The notes under the pieces are model-generated. The model searched no databases and was not told the origin of the DNA. It saw only the letters and a list, made by a program, of their open reading frames with translations. A stretch of DNA of 63,100 bases from the NCBI GenBank assembly GCA_034189385.1, contig JAXHVD010000025.1, positions 1 to 63,100 of the forward strand, read 5' to 3'. Both the position numbers and the translations under genes were made by a program. Source of the stretch: Thermodesulfobacteriota bacterium. GTDB taxonomy: Bacteria > Desulfobacterota > Desulfobacteria > Desulfobacterales > C00003060. Shown here in pieces: positions 28,219 through 37,872 of this stretch (its first letter is position 1; each line of letters begins with the position of its first letter).

Positions 28219-29773
28219 TGAGACGGCCCCAACCGCCCCCGCCAGGCGTGTGAATCACAATCCCTTCGCCTTTTTTGGCACGAAAAGTACAACGTCCCGG
28301 CAGTGTTGTTTCCGTGCCGTCTACACCTTTGAGTGTATTTAACCCCCTCCTTCCATTATCCCCGCCGCCGGCCCCTTTTGGGGGAAAACGCCTTCTCTCC
28401 GACTGAATAGAGACCACTGCATCTTCAAGGAGCAGGAACTCCCGGGTAATGCCCATGCCCCCGGAATGGGCGCCTGCGCCACCGGAACCGTCTCTAAGGG
28501 CTGTCTTCACGACCCGAATGGGATAGGCAGTCTCCAGGGCCTCAGTCGGGGTGTTGGCCGTGTTGGTCATATGTGTCTGCACGGCACTGGCCCCGTCTGA
28601 TTGAGGGGTTGCGCCCATGCCTCCTGCAATGGTTTCGTAATAGGTTTTTCCCTGCCAGCCGATGGCAAGGTTGTTCATCGTGCCCTGCCCTTGGGCCGGG
28701 ATCTGGTCGGGCAGGAGATCTGTCAGTGCCAGCAGGAGCGCATCAACGATCCGCTGGGAGGTTTCCACGTTACCAGAACTGACCGCTGCTGGCGGGTGGG
28801 GGTTGAGAAGAGAGCCTTCAGGGGCGATGACGCCGACACTCTCATAACACCCGTGGTTTGGTGGGATGTCAGGCGGTAGAAGGCATCTGAGGACGTAGTA
28901 GACGGCGGAGCGTGTCACACTAAGGGGGGTGTTGGCATTTCCCTTACTTTGGGGCGCCGTGCCTGTAAAATCTGCTACAAACCGTGATCCCCTGATCTCT
29001 ACCCGCACGGTAATGGCCAGGGGGGTGTCGTCTCCGTCCAGATAGTCCGTGGCTTCTGCCGCGCCTTCAGGCAGGGCTGAAAGGTGGGCAGACACCCTTT
29101 TGCCGGAGTATTGGATGATGGCCTCTACAAACCCGTCAAATGCCGCTTCGCCATAACGACCTATAAAGTCCATGCACCTAGAGACCCCCAGGCGGTTGGC
29201 CCCCACTTGGGCATTTAGGTCGCCGATCCGTTCAACGGGGTTTCTTGTTTCATCTTCAAAGCGCTTAAGGACGTCTCTTTGCAGGATGTCATGGTGCACA
29301 AAGAGGGTGGGAGGAATGACGATGCCTTCCTCGAAAAGGGTGCTACTCATCCCTGGCATGGAGCCGGGCGTGGTGCCACCCACGTCTGCATGATGGGCAC
29401 GGTTGACCGCATAACCCTTGAGCTTCTCTTTCCAGAAAAAGGGTGCAATGACAGTGATGTCCGGCAGATGGGATCCGCCCCGGTAGGGGTCATTCACGAT
29501 GACCTGATCTCCAGGCTCCAGTCTTGGGAAATCACTTGCCACGGCCTTTACAGCAGACGGCATGGCCCCTAGGTGCACGGGAATGTGCTCGGCCTGAGCA
29601 ATGAGTCGCCCGCTTTCGTCAAATAAGGCGCAGCTTTCGTCCAGACGCTCCTTAATATTAGGAGAAAAGGCTGTCCGCCTCAGATTTCCACCCATCTCCT
29701 CTGGGATGGCCAAGACGAGGTGCTTGAACACCTCAAGGGTCACGGGATCAATGATGGTCACTGTGAACCTCAA
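28154..29773 (-). CDS. Hydantoinase B / 5-oxoprolinase family subunit
   Basis: RTAFSPNIKERLD, HIPVHLG, NDPYRGGSHLPD, QGTMNN and TPGGGGWG motifs. Confidence 0.93.
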   Translation of the reverse strand: MRFTVTIIDPVTLEVFKHLVLAIPEEMGGNLRRTAFSPNIKERLDESCALFDESGRLIAQAEHIPVHLGAMPSAVKAVASDFPRLEPGDQVIVNDPYRGGSHLPDITVIAPFFWKEKLKGYAVNRAHHADVGGTTPGSMPGMSSTLFEEGIVIPPTLFVHHDILQRDVLKRFEDETRNPVERIGDLNAQVGANRLGVSRCMDFIGRYGEAAFDGFVEAIIQYSGKRVSAHLSALPEGAAEATDYLDGDDTPLAITVRVEIRGSRFVADFTGTAPQSKGNANTPLSVTRSAVYYVLRCLLPPDIPPNHGCYESVGVIAPEGSLLNPHPPAAVSSGNVETSQRIVDALLLALTDLLPDQIPAQGQGTMNNLAIGWQGKTYYETIAGGMGATPQSDGASAVQTHMTNTANTPTEALETAYPIRVVKTALRDGSGGAGAHSGGMGITREFLLLEDAVVSIQSERRRFPPKGAGGGDNGRRGLNTLKGVDGTETTLPGRCTFRAKKGEGIVIHTPGGGGWGRLTTSLPTPHSSTGNRAKNQGHS

Positions 29774-31730
29774 TGCTCAGACAACTGCTTTTTGCCATAG
29801 AGACCTCACAGTCTGGAGACACAAACACGGTGCATCCCTCGTCTTCAATGATCGCCGGCCCCTGTGCATGAAAAGAGGCGCCCAACTGTCTTCGCTGGTA
29901 CACTGGTGTCCCTTGCCAGCCCGAAGAAAGCAAGACCCTTCTTGTCGTCACAAGAGCCGAAGAAGTGGTCTCGCCTGGTTCCGGCAGGGGGATCTGTTGT
30001 CTTGAGGCAAGGGCGGAAAGGCGCACTGCCACCACCTCCACACCATGCCCTTTGTCCAGGGCGTATCCATAGCGCGCGCTGAAGGCCTGGTGAAATCTTT
30101 CCTTCATGTCAGCGTCCTTGCTGTAGGCCACTGGAAGATGAAAACTCTGCCCCTCGTAGCGCAGATCCAGGGCTGGCCTGAGGTGCCTATCCCTATGGTG
30201 GAAACCTTGGCGGGCCAGAGATTTCAGGGCCCTGTCCTTAAACCGATCCAAGATTCCGTCCACCATCCTTTGGGTTTCAGCGTTCCATCTGGCAAGGAGG
30301 CTCTCTCCAAAGTCAAGCCTTACGTCTGAGAGGAGAATCCCCAAAGCGGAAAACATCCCCGCCATAGGAGGAACAAGGACCTCTCTCACGCCAAGTTCTC
30401 TGGCAAGGTCTGTGGCATGGAGAGGACCAGCGCCACCAAAGGCAAGAAGGGTACAATCTCTCACATCGATCCCTTTTTCCACCGTAGCCCTGCGAATCCC
30501 CCTGAGCATATTGGCATTGACCACGGAACGAATGCCCAGGATGGCCTCTTCCAAGGTGATGCCAGCCGATGCTGCAAGAGACGAAAGGGCTTGCCTGGCC
30601 CTGTTCCGATGGAGGGTAATGGTGGTGCCAGAGAAAGTGTCCCCGTCTAAGAGCCCTGATAGAAGGTTCGCGTCCGTCACGGTTGGTAAGGTCCCGCCCC
30701 GACCGTAGCAAGCTGGGCCAGGATCTGCGCCCGCGCTTTGGGGCCCCACGCGCAACGCGCCGCCTTTGTCCGTCCAGGCAATGGAGCCGCCGCCGGCCCC
30801 AATGGTCGTAATGTCGAGAATGGGGAGTCGTATGGGCAGGCCGTCTATGTCTCCTTCATCGGTCCACAGGGGGGTGTCGTTGACAATTGCCGAGAAGTCG
30901 GCACTCGTACCGCCCATGTCAAAAGTTGCCAAGTTCCGTCGTTCCAGACGACTTCCGAGCAGAACGCCTCCAGAGACCCCTCCGGCTGGACCTGATAGGA
31001 CCAGCTCTACAGGTTGGACCTCACCAGATGCCGCCACCCCGCCTCCTGACTTCATGATGTAGTAATCAGGAGGTCCTTCTGACGCCCTGATAGCCTTGCC
31101 TATTTTCTCTGTGTAGGAACGGACAATAGGATGGAGAAAGGCATTGATGGTCGTAGTGGAGGCCCTTTCAAACTCCCTGAATTCGGGAATGACCTGAGAC
31201 GACCTCGAGACAGAAAGCCCCTTTTTCTTGAATGCCTTTTCTAAAAGGATTTCGTGGGAAGAATTCTTGTAGGAAAAGAGCAGACAGATGGCTGCACTTA
31301 CTGCCCCGGTCTTTACGATGTCATCGGCCACGGCGTCAGCATGGGTTCTGGTCAAGGGCGTGATGACCGAACCATCCGGGGCAAGGCGCTCGTCTACCTC
31401 AAAACACAAGGTGCGACTCACCAGCGGGTGTGGTCGCGTGCAGTCAAAGTCATAGAGCCTCGGTCTTTTTTGCCTGGCGATGTAAAGCAGGTCCTTGAAG
31501 CCCTTGGTCGTCACGAGGGCCACTTTGGCCCCCTTTCTTTCAAGGAGCGCATTGGTGGCCACAGTTGTTCCGTGAGAAAAGGATGAAATGCCTGAAAGGG
31601 CTCTTATGGTTTCTGTGACGGCGCGCTCAGGGCACTGGGGTGTAGAAAGGACCTTCCAGCCGCAAATGCCTTGCTGATCAACGGTTACGACATCCGTGAA
31701 GGTTCCGCCAATGTCAGTAGCTACTCTCAT
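29748..31730 (-). CDS. Hydantoinase A / 5-oxoprolinase family subunit
   Basis: DIGGTFTD, HGTTVATNALLE, SGPAGGV, DMGGTS, GAGGGS and AFGGAGPLH motifs. Confidence 0.93.
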   Translation of the reverse strand: MRVATDIGGTFTDVVTVDQQGICGWKVLSTPQCPERAVTETIRALSGISSFSHGTTVATNALLERKGAKVALVTTKGFKDLLYIARQKRPRLYDFDCTRPHPLVSRTLCFEVDERLAPDGSVITPLTRTHADAVADDIVKTGAVSAAICLLFSYKNSSHEILLEKAFKKKGLSVSRSSQVIPEFREFERASTTTINAFLHPIVRSYTEKIGKAIRASEGPPDYYIMKSGGGVAASGEVQPVELVLSGPAGGVSGGVLLGSRLERRNLATFDMGGTSADFSAIVNDTPLWTDEGDIDGLPIRLPILDITTIGAGGGSIAWTDKGGALRVGPQSAGADPGPACYGRGGTLPTVTDANLLSGLLDGDTFSGTTITLHRNRARQALSSLAASAGITLEEAILGIRSVVNANMLRGIRRATVEKGIDVRDCTLLAFGGAGPLHATDLARELGVREVLVPPMAGMFSALGILLSDVRLDFGESLLARWNAETQRMVDGILDRFKDRALKSLARQGFHHRDRHLRPALDLRYEGQSFHLPVAYSKDADMKERFHQAFSARYGYALDKGHGVEVVAVRLSALASRQQIPLPEPGETTSSALVTTRRVLLSSGWQGTPVYQRRQLGASFHAQGPAIIEDEGCTVFVSPDCEVSMAKSSCLSIEVHSDHH

Positions 31731-31770
31731 GTTCTAAGGCGCGAGGCTTCAAGCAGAAAGGGTATCATGC

Positions 31771-32592
31771 CTAGAGATTCGCAACAATCTGGCAGAAGGG
31801 CTCTGAGCCCGACAAGGCCTCGAGACTCTGCCAAATCCATTTTTCTTTGTGGGCCTCAAGGGTAATAATCGGCCTCAGACGATTCTCTCCCACGTACCGG
31901 AAAAGGGTGTCAAAATCGATGTTGCCGGCCCCAATGGCCAGGTGATCATCCCGGATACCGTGGTTGTCATGGATGTGCAATTCTTTCACAAAAGGCCCCA
32001 GGTCGTCCAGCCAACCCTTGAGGTTGGTCTCAGAAAAGGCATTCATGTGGCCCGCATCAAAACAAAACCCCACCTTTTTTGTATTCAACCCTTTGATGAG
32101 CCTGAGAAGCATGGCAGGGGTTCTTTCATAGACATTCTCGAGCATCAGAGTCGTTTTCGTGCCTTGAAGGCCCTTCACGAGGGGCGCCCATGTCTCCAGG
32201 GCTGTCTCAAGCCACAGGTCTTTGTTATCATTGTATCTCTTCCTGTCATAGCCTGTATGACAGACCATAGAGGCGGGCTCAAAGAGGGGGATGAGGTCAA
32301 AGGCTTGTCTAAGACGTTCTCGGGTTGCTTTCAGTATCTTCTTATCCATGGCACCTGGTGCCAGGTCATAGAAAGGGCCATGGAGGGTGATAGAAAGGCC
32401 CTCGTGATGCAAGAGAGAGGCCATTTCTGAAAGCGCCTTCCTTGTATGTGTGTCTATGACCTTTCCGTTGATACCGATTTCAGGATTGATTCTTTTATCC
32501 AGTACCAAGGGCAGGTACTTTTCTTTCAGGAGTCTGAAGGGGATACAAATCTGGACCCTTCTTAGGATGGCGGGATCAAAGAGGGCCTTCAT
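31771..32592 (-). CDS. Sugar phosphate isomerase/epimerase (AP-endonuclease-2-type TIM barrel)
   Basis: LHGPF.DL, LENVYE, CFDAGH, HIHDNHG..DDHL..G.GNIDF and TLE motifs. Confidence 0.88.
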   Translation of the reverse strand: MKALFDPAILRRVQICIPFRLLKEKYLPLVLDKRINPEIGINGKVIDTHTRKALSEMASLLHHEGLSITLHGPFYDLAPGAMDKKILKATRERLRQAFDLIPLFEPASMVCHTGYDRKRYNDNKDLWLETALETWAPLVKGLQGTKTTLMLENVYERTPAMLLRLIKGLNTKKVGFCFDAGHMNAFSETNLKGWLDDLGPFVKELHIHDNHGIRDDHLAIGAGNIDFDTLFRYVGENRLRPIITLEAHKEKWIWQSLEALSGSEPFCQIVANL

Positions 32593-33098
32593 CGTTTGTT
32601 CCTGTTCTTTCTCAATTCCCGACGCCTTTGTGCCCTTGTTCTTCCTTCTTCAAAGCGCCGTTTTTCCTCCTGGGCCTCAGGCACGACCCTTGGAACCTCC
32701 ATGGGTCTCCGGTTTTCGTCCAGGGCCACCATGGTGAGGTAGGCAGAGTTTGTGTGACGCACCTCTCCTGTCATGAGATTTTCGGCCTCCACCCGCACCC
32801 CAACCTCCATGGAGGTCTCTCCCACATAGTTAATGGAGGCACGCAAGATGACCAATTCTCCGATGAACACGGGTTCGTGAAAGTCCAGCCTGTCCATAGA
32901 GGCGGTGACGACATTGCTACGGCAATGGCGCAGCGCCACAATGCCTGCTGCCGTGTCTATAAGCTTCATGATGCTGCCCCCGTGCACATTGCCAGCCTGA
33001 TTTGCATCTACGGGCAGCATGACCTGGGCCATCTCGACCCTGGATCCAGAGACCGATTTTTCCTTTGTCATCACGTTGTCCCTCTGTTGCTTCTTCAC
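32589..33098 (-). CDS. Acyl-CoA thioesterase (hotdog fold, YciA-like)
   Basis: DANQAGNVHGG, VVTASMD, VGETSMEVGV and AYLTMVALD motifs. Confidence 0.92.
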   Translation of the reverse strand: MKKQQRDNVMTKEKSVSGSRVEMAQVMLPVDANQAGNVHGGSIMKLIDTAAGIVALRHCRSNVVTASMDRLDFHEPVFIGELVILRASINYVGETSMEVGVRVEAENLMTGEVRHTNSAYLTMVALDENRRPMEVPRVVPEAQEEKRRFEEGRTRAQRRRELRKNRNKR

Positions 33099-33129
33099 AC
33101 TAGCCCTGCCAAAGACCCTCTCATCTCTT

Positions 33130-33332
33130 GGTAACGTCCGAGAGTTGAGGCAAAGGCCTTAGCAGGCAGTTAGAGGGATAGGGATGATCGCTGAACGCAG
33201 GCATACAGCCATTGCCATCTACACAAATGGCATAGGCTACCTAACGGCATTGGATGCCGAAGAGAAGCGGTTGTCCCTATCTCGACATTGGTTGTCCAGA
33301 AATCCACTAAGTCAACACTTTTGAACGTTACT
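33130..33332 (-). mobile_element. ~200-bp IS1-like MITE (family C), copy 2
   Basis: GGTAACG...CGTTACT ends; flanks CATCTCTT/AATCTCTT (7 of 8 identical); reverse-complement homologue of 20856-21058. Confidence 0.75.
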
Positions 33333-34467
33333 AATCTCTTTGACGCTTTTTTCCTTTTGTCTTGGCCCGCCTTTCCATCACACAATAGACACCTTTAGAA
33401 CTCATGGCCGCGCCAAAACACTTGTTGCAGGATATGCATGCCGCCTTCTTTCTGTCTCCTTGCCTCCATCGCTTGATAAGGTTCGGCTCCCGGATAAAGG
33501 GCCGGGACATGGAAACCAAGTCTGCTGCATCGGTCTTCAGGATATGACTTGCTACTTTGAAGGAGCGGATGCCGCCGACCAAGATGATGGGAGTCGAGAC
33601 CTGCTTCTTGATCTTTTTTGCTATAGACAAGAAATAAGCCTCGTCGTCTGCTTTGCGTATCCTGGGCCGCGCCGGCCCCAAGGCCCCTGCCGCCGGCACC
33701 CCGCCACTGAGTTCAATGGCATTGATGCCCAAGGCATCCAGTTTTTTGGCCACAAAGAGGGCGTCTTTTTCGCTCATGCCGCCGCGAACAAAGTCCTTGG
33801 TGTTTAGCTTGATGAACACGGGAAAGTCTTTGCCCACTGTTTTCCGGACCCTCCGGTACACCTGAAAGAGAAACCTGGCCCGATTCTCTATGGGGCCACC
33901 GTACTTGTCCTTGCGTCTGTTTGTCGCTGGCGAAAGGAACTGCGCGATGAGGTACCCATGGGCGCCATGAAGCTGCACTGCATCAAACCCGGCCTTTTTA
34001 ACTCTGCCTGCTGCCTTTGCAAAGGCTTGAACCGCTTCTTTGATCTCGCCCTGAGTCATGGCCTTGGGCGTCTTTTTGTGGACCTTGTCATGGACGGCAG
34101 AGGGCCCCCAAAAGGGCTGGTCTTTGCTTCCCCTCATCACCGTCTGGGCGCCGGCATGGACAATCTGCATGGCAATCTTTCCCCGGGCTCTGTGGACACG
34201 TCTTGTGAGTTCCTTGAGGTTTTTCAGTACGGCGTCATCATGGATGGCAAGCTGCCGCGGAAGGGCCTGGCCGTTTGGCAAGACATAGGCAAAGCCGGTG
34301 ATGATGAGGCCCACCTCGCCGCGGGCCAGTTCTTCTGTAAGGGCCATGAGCTTCTTGCTGCACAGGCCCCCGGGCTCTGCCAAACCAGCCCATGTGGCTG
34401 AGCGCACAGCCCTGTTCTTTAAGACCATCCCATTGATCACTGTCTCTTCGAATAGTTCTGCCATCAT
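33331..34467 (-). CDS. NADH:flavin oxidoreductase (old yellow enzyme family)
   Basis: LKNRAVRSAT, QIVHAG, GFDAVQLHGAHGYL, NRRKDKYGG and CISCNKC motifs. Confidence 0.92.
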   Translation of the reverse strand: MMAELFEETVINGMVLKNRAVRSATWAGLAEPGGLCSKKLMALTEELARGEVGLIITGFAYVLPNGQALPRQLAIHDDAVLKNLKELTRRVHRARGKIAMQIVHAGAQTVMRGSKDQPFWGPSAVHDKVHKKTPKAMTQGEIKEAVQAFAKAAGRVKKAGFDAVQLHGAHGYLIAQFLSPATNRRKDKYGGPIENRARFLFQVYRRVRKTVGKDFPVFIKLNTKDFVRGGMSEKDALFVAKKLDALGINAIELSGGVPAAGALGPARPRIRKADDEAYFLSIAKKIKKQVSTPIILVGGIRSFKVASHILKTDAADLVSMSRPFIREPNLIKRWRQGDRKKAACISCNKCFGAAMSSKGVYCVMERRAKTKGKKRQRD

Positions 34468-34562
34468 CCACCTCCAAAGTTTGATGAGGTCCCCAAGGGT
34501 CCTTTGTCACCATCCTGCCTTCCAGCCCGACCATGATTTGCCCGGCCATGATGGTAACCAAT

Positions 34563-34702
34563 GAGACCCCTTTACAAGCCCTTCTCACTCGGTTCTGTGA
34601 GCTTTTTGATGGGCCAGGGCGGGCCGCTCATCCCGACGGAGTCGGGAGTGGGTGCCCCAAAAAGCTCACAATGAGCCCTCGAAGGAGTGATGCAAAGGTC
34701 TC
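34563..34702 (+). repeat. Palindromic intergenic repeat family B, short copy
   Basis: GAGACC...TGCAAAGGTCTC ends with an internal TGTGAGCTTTTTG...CAAAAAGCTCACA stem. Confidence 0.72.
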
Positions 34703-34784
34703 CCAATAAGGGGGAGACCTTGCGTAATCTTGCCCAATGGCCTATGTTCAGGTCAGTATGGGCCATGAAAGACTAGGCAACTGA

Positions 34785-35825
34785 TTGTATGGAGTCAATG
34801 AAAAAGTCCCCATGCAGACACGGATGATCCTGTATACATCAGTATTTCTCTTCCTGGCTGCTTTCAGTATATGGGCCTATAAGGTCATGATAAGCATCCG
34901 TCCAAAGGTCGGCCGCCCGAGGCTGGATGCCGGGGCCCTGGAGGTCATTAAGGATCTGGAAGTCAGACTCAAAAGGCACGTCTTCATCCTTGCCCACGAG
35001 ATTGGACCCAGGAGCGTTTTCTTGCCGGAGAGCCTGAAGGCTGCTTCGGACTATGTTCGAGCCTTCTGGGAAGACATGGAATATGAAGTGAGAGTCCAAA
35101 CCTATAGGGTCAAAAACATCGCTTGTCACAATCTGGCCGTGGAAATTCCAGGAGTAATGAAACCGGACGAGATCTTGCTCATCGGGGCCCACTACGACAC
35201 GGTTTCCCACTCTCCTGGGGCAAACGACAACGGCTCTGCCGTGGCAGCCCTTCTGGAGTTGAGTCGGCTTTTCAGGTCAAAGGCCCCGAAAAGAACGGTC
35301 CGCTTCGTGGCTTTTGCCAACGAAGAGCCGCCCTTTTTCAAGACCGGCCAAATGGGAAGCTTGGTCTACGCCAAAGGCTGTCGAGAAAGAAAGGAGAATA
35401 TCGTGGCCATGGTCTGTCTTGAGACCATAGGCTACTACCGGCAGGAACGCGGAACGCAGAAGTATCCTTTCCCCCTCAGCGTCTTCTACCCGGACAGGGG
35501 GAACTTCATAGCCGTTGTGGGCAACCTTCGTTCAAAGGCCTTGGTGACGTCCTTTGCGCGACGTTTTATGCAACAAAGTGATTTCCCGGTTGAATGTGCG
35601 GCGGTTTTCGGTTTTATCACAGGCATTGATTGGTCCGATCACTGGTCCTTCTGGACGTGTGACTATCGTGCCATCATGATCACAGACACCGCCTTGTTTC
35701 GTTACCCCTACTACCACTCCCATGAGGATACAGCCGACAAACTCGATTACCATAGCCTGGCCAGGGTCTCCCATGGCATTCATCAGGCGTTGAACCGCAT
35801 GGTTGAGACGGCCGACAATCTGTGA
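34785..35825 (+). CDS. M28 family metallopeptidase
   Basis: IGAHYD, PGANDNGS, FANEEPP, SDHWSF and YYH motifs; N-terminal TM segment. Confidence 0.9.
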   Translation: MYGVNEKVPMQTRMILYTSVFLFLAAFSIWAYKVMISIRPKVGRPRLDAGALEVIKDLEVRLKRHVFILAHEIGPRSVFLPESLKAASDYVRAFWEDMEYEVRVQTYRVKNIACHNLAVEIPGVMKPDEILLIGAHYDTVSHSPGANDNGSAVAALLELSRLFRSKAPKRTVRFVAFANEEPPFFKTGQMGSLVYAKGCRERKENIVAMVCLETIGYYRQERGTQKYPFPLSVFYPDRGNFIAVVGNLRSKALVTSFARRFMQQSDFPVECAAVFGFITGIDWSDHWSFWTCDYRAIMITDTALFRYPYYHSHEDTADKLDYHSLARVSHGIHQALNRMVETADNL

Positions 35826-35849
35826 TAGGGACATGTACAGGCAGGAGTA

Positions 35850-36194
35850 ATGAAAAAGGTTTTCTTCATAGCCCTCATCTTCTTGGGTGCTGTTTCCGGC
35901 TGGTGGTTGGCCCAGGGGAACAAGGAGCTCTTTGAGGCACTAGGGGTCATACGGCGCAGCCAAGAGGAAAGGTTCAAGTGGCCGTCCATTGATGAGAGTA
36001 CAATAATCCTCGGACTGGAAACATGGCAAGTAAAAGATGATTTTGGACCTCCTGACGAGAGGACTGTGGAGACAGCCGTTCAAGGCACGAGAAAGGAGCA
36101 GTGGAGGTACGGTGACAAATGGCTTTACTTCACCGATGGTGTGTTAACCTCCTGGCAAGACGGTCCAGACGATAGAGAGATTCGAAAACCCTAG
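35850..36194 (+). CDS. Small membrane-anchored hypothetical protein
   Basis: AGGAG RBS, N-terminal hydrophobic segment, FGPPD...EQWRY...LYF.DGVL.SWQ beta-rich domain. Confidence 0.7.
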   Translation: MKKVFFIALIFLGAVSGWWLAQGNKELFEALGVIRRSQEERFKWPSIDESTIILGLETWQVKDDFGPPDERTVETAVQGTRKEQWRYGDKWLYFTDGVLTSWQDGPDDREIRKP

Positions 36195-36207
36195 GCGATG
36201 GTTTACA

Positions 36208-36534
36208 ATGCAGACAGCAACAGGAGAAGGTGTCGTGTTTCATGAAAAGACGCAACTGACCAACAAGGAGGCCGACGGCTACGTCATGCCGCTGGGACCG
36301 GTGAACCTAGTTTACGTCATCACCGACACAGGCATGGTTGGCTGTGGTGCCTTTGACGTAGCCGCTCTGGACAACTTCGGCTTCCCTGCAGCTCGGGTAA
36401 GGCCGACAAGAGGCGCTTCTATCGCTACGATTGAAGACCTCCTTGTCGGGGAAGTTAAAGATGCAAACGAGGCAGCCGCAAGCCTTGGTGTCAAGGTCGG
36501 TATGGCGGGCAGAGAGGCGCTTGACTACATGTAG
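36208..36534 (+). CDS. YunC/DUF1805 family protein
   Basis: GMVGCGAFDV, TIEDLL and LGVKVGMAGREAL motifs. Confidence 0.85.
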   Translation: MQTATGEGVVFHEKTQLTNKEADGYVMPLGPVNLVYVITDTGMVGCGAFDVAALDNFGFPAARVRPTRGASIATIEDLLVGEVKDANEAAASLGVKVGMAGREALDYM

Positions 36535-36616
36535 GGCCTACCAGCGGTGCCCTTGAACTTGGTAGCAATGACACGTGGCGTGCCATGGCTAAAAGGTCCC
36601 TGAGTCGGAGGCTGGG

Positions 36617-37321
36617 TCAGCTCGCAGGGCGTTGCCTTACGCCCAGTAAGATTTCGCGGCTTTTGGGTCCACAATTGAAAAGGAGGTCAAAGGCAGATAG
36701 CTGGTGAATGAAATCTCCCCAGAGCTGAGGGTAGACAGGGGAGGGGGGAGTAAAGAAAGATAACGCCAGCCCTGCTTGGACGAAGAGGTCCATATCCAGG
36801 TGTTTCTTACCAGCTACCTGGACAAGGTAGTGAGAGGCCCGCAATTTCCGGCAGATCTCTATCAGAAGCCTGTCCCCCTTGGCCTGAATGCCCAGGTCCG
36901 ATTGTCGTACCAAGGGGGTTTCGATTTCCAGATGCTTTTTTAGGTATTGGATTGTCATGAGGTTGAGGTCAACAAGTTTTTCAATCCCTCCCAAAAAGAT
37001 TTCCTCCACTACATCACCATGCTCCTTGAAGTAGGGAGCGTTGGCATAGCAAGTCTTCAGACTGGCGAGGCGCTTTTTTCGCCAGTTGCCCTCATGGCAT
37101 ATTCGCACGTCTCTTATCCTTTGCAGCCCCAGCCTTTTTTTCCAAACAGGGATGGTAATCCAAAGCGTGCCCTGGTCATTCTTGAAGCGGTTCCTGCTGA
37201 CCCAGGAGGTCCGGAGTGGAAACTGCACGTCGTCCAGAATGACCATGACATCTGAAAGATGCGCCTTGTAGAAAAAGCCTGGAAAAGGGGAAAAAAACGG
37301 CTGATAAGTCGATACGATCAT
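36617..37321 (-). CDS. WbqC family protein
   Basis: YQP.FSP.PGFF.K, DDVQF, RNR, W.TIPV and YPQLWG.F...LS.FDLLFN.G motifs. Confidence 0.88.
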   Translation of the reverse strand: MIVSTYQPFFSPFPGFFYKAHLSDVMVILDDVQFPLRTSWVSRNRFKNDQGTLWITIPVWKKRLGLQRIRDVRICHEGNWRKKRLASLKTCYANAPYFKEHGDVVEEIFLGGIEKLVDLNLMTIQYLKKHLEIETPLVRQSDLGIQAKGDRLLIEICRKLRASHYLVQVAGKKHLDMDLFVQAGLALSFFTPPSPVYPQLWGDFIHQLSAFDLLFNCGPKSREILLGVRQRPAS

Positions 37322-37490
37322 TGCCTTTTATACTAACAGGAGTGGCCCTTTCATGTCAATGTCTCCCAGAAGGACATGGGAATAGAGTAAAGGCTTTGCC
37401 AAAGAGAGGGTGTTGGCTCTGCATCCCATGGGAGCCTTATGGCGGCCCAGGGCCTAGGCATTCGGCGCTGAATATGATATAATTATAAGT

Positions 37491-37710
37491 TACTAATGAG
37501 ATCATTGACATTTAGATATAAGGTCACCGCCCGCTGCGCTAGAGACGCAGAGGGCGCAAAGCTGATTAGCTCATTAGCTCACTAGCTTAATAGCCTGTTA
37601 CCGGTGGAAAACATAAAGCAAAATAGACTCTGCGCTCTTCGCGGCTTTGCGGTGAATATTTGTTTCTACCACTAAGAGACTATGTCTAAATACTTTTTGT
37701 CGCATTGGTA
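37491..37710 (-). mobile_element. TA-flanked MITE-like repeat family A, third copy
   Basis: TACTAATG...CATTGGTA ends; near-identical to 11382-11599. Confidence 0.75.
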
Positions 37711-37872
37711 AGTTGTGAAAAATCAATCGGCTCCAAAAGAGTTGGCGTGATACTAAGGGTTCACGTGCAAGACCCCTGAGCCCTTTGCTCCAACTAAACT
37801 GGAGAAGAACCTGAGAAATGGACAAGGCCCTGTGAGGCGAGCCAAGGGGGCGCAGGAAGGGGACTGTTCTGT

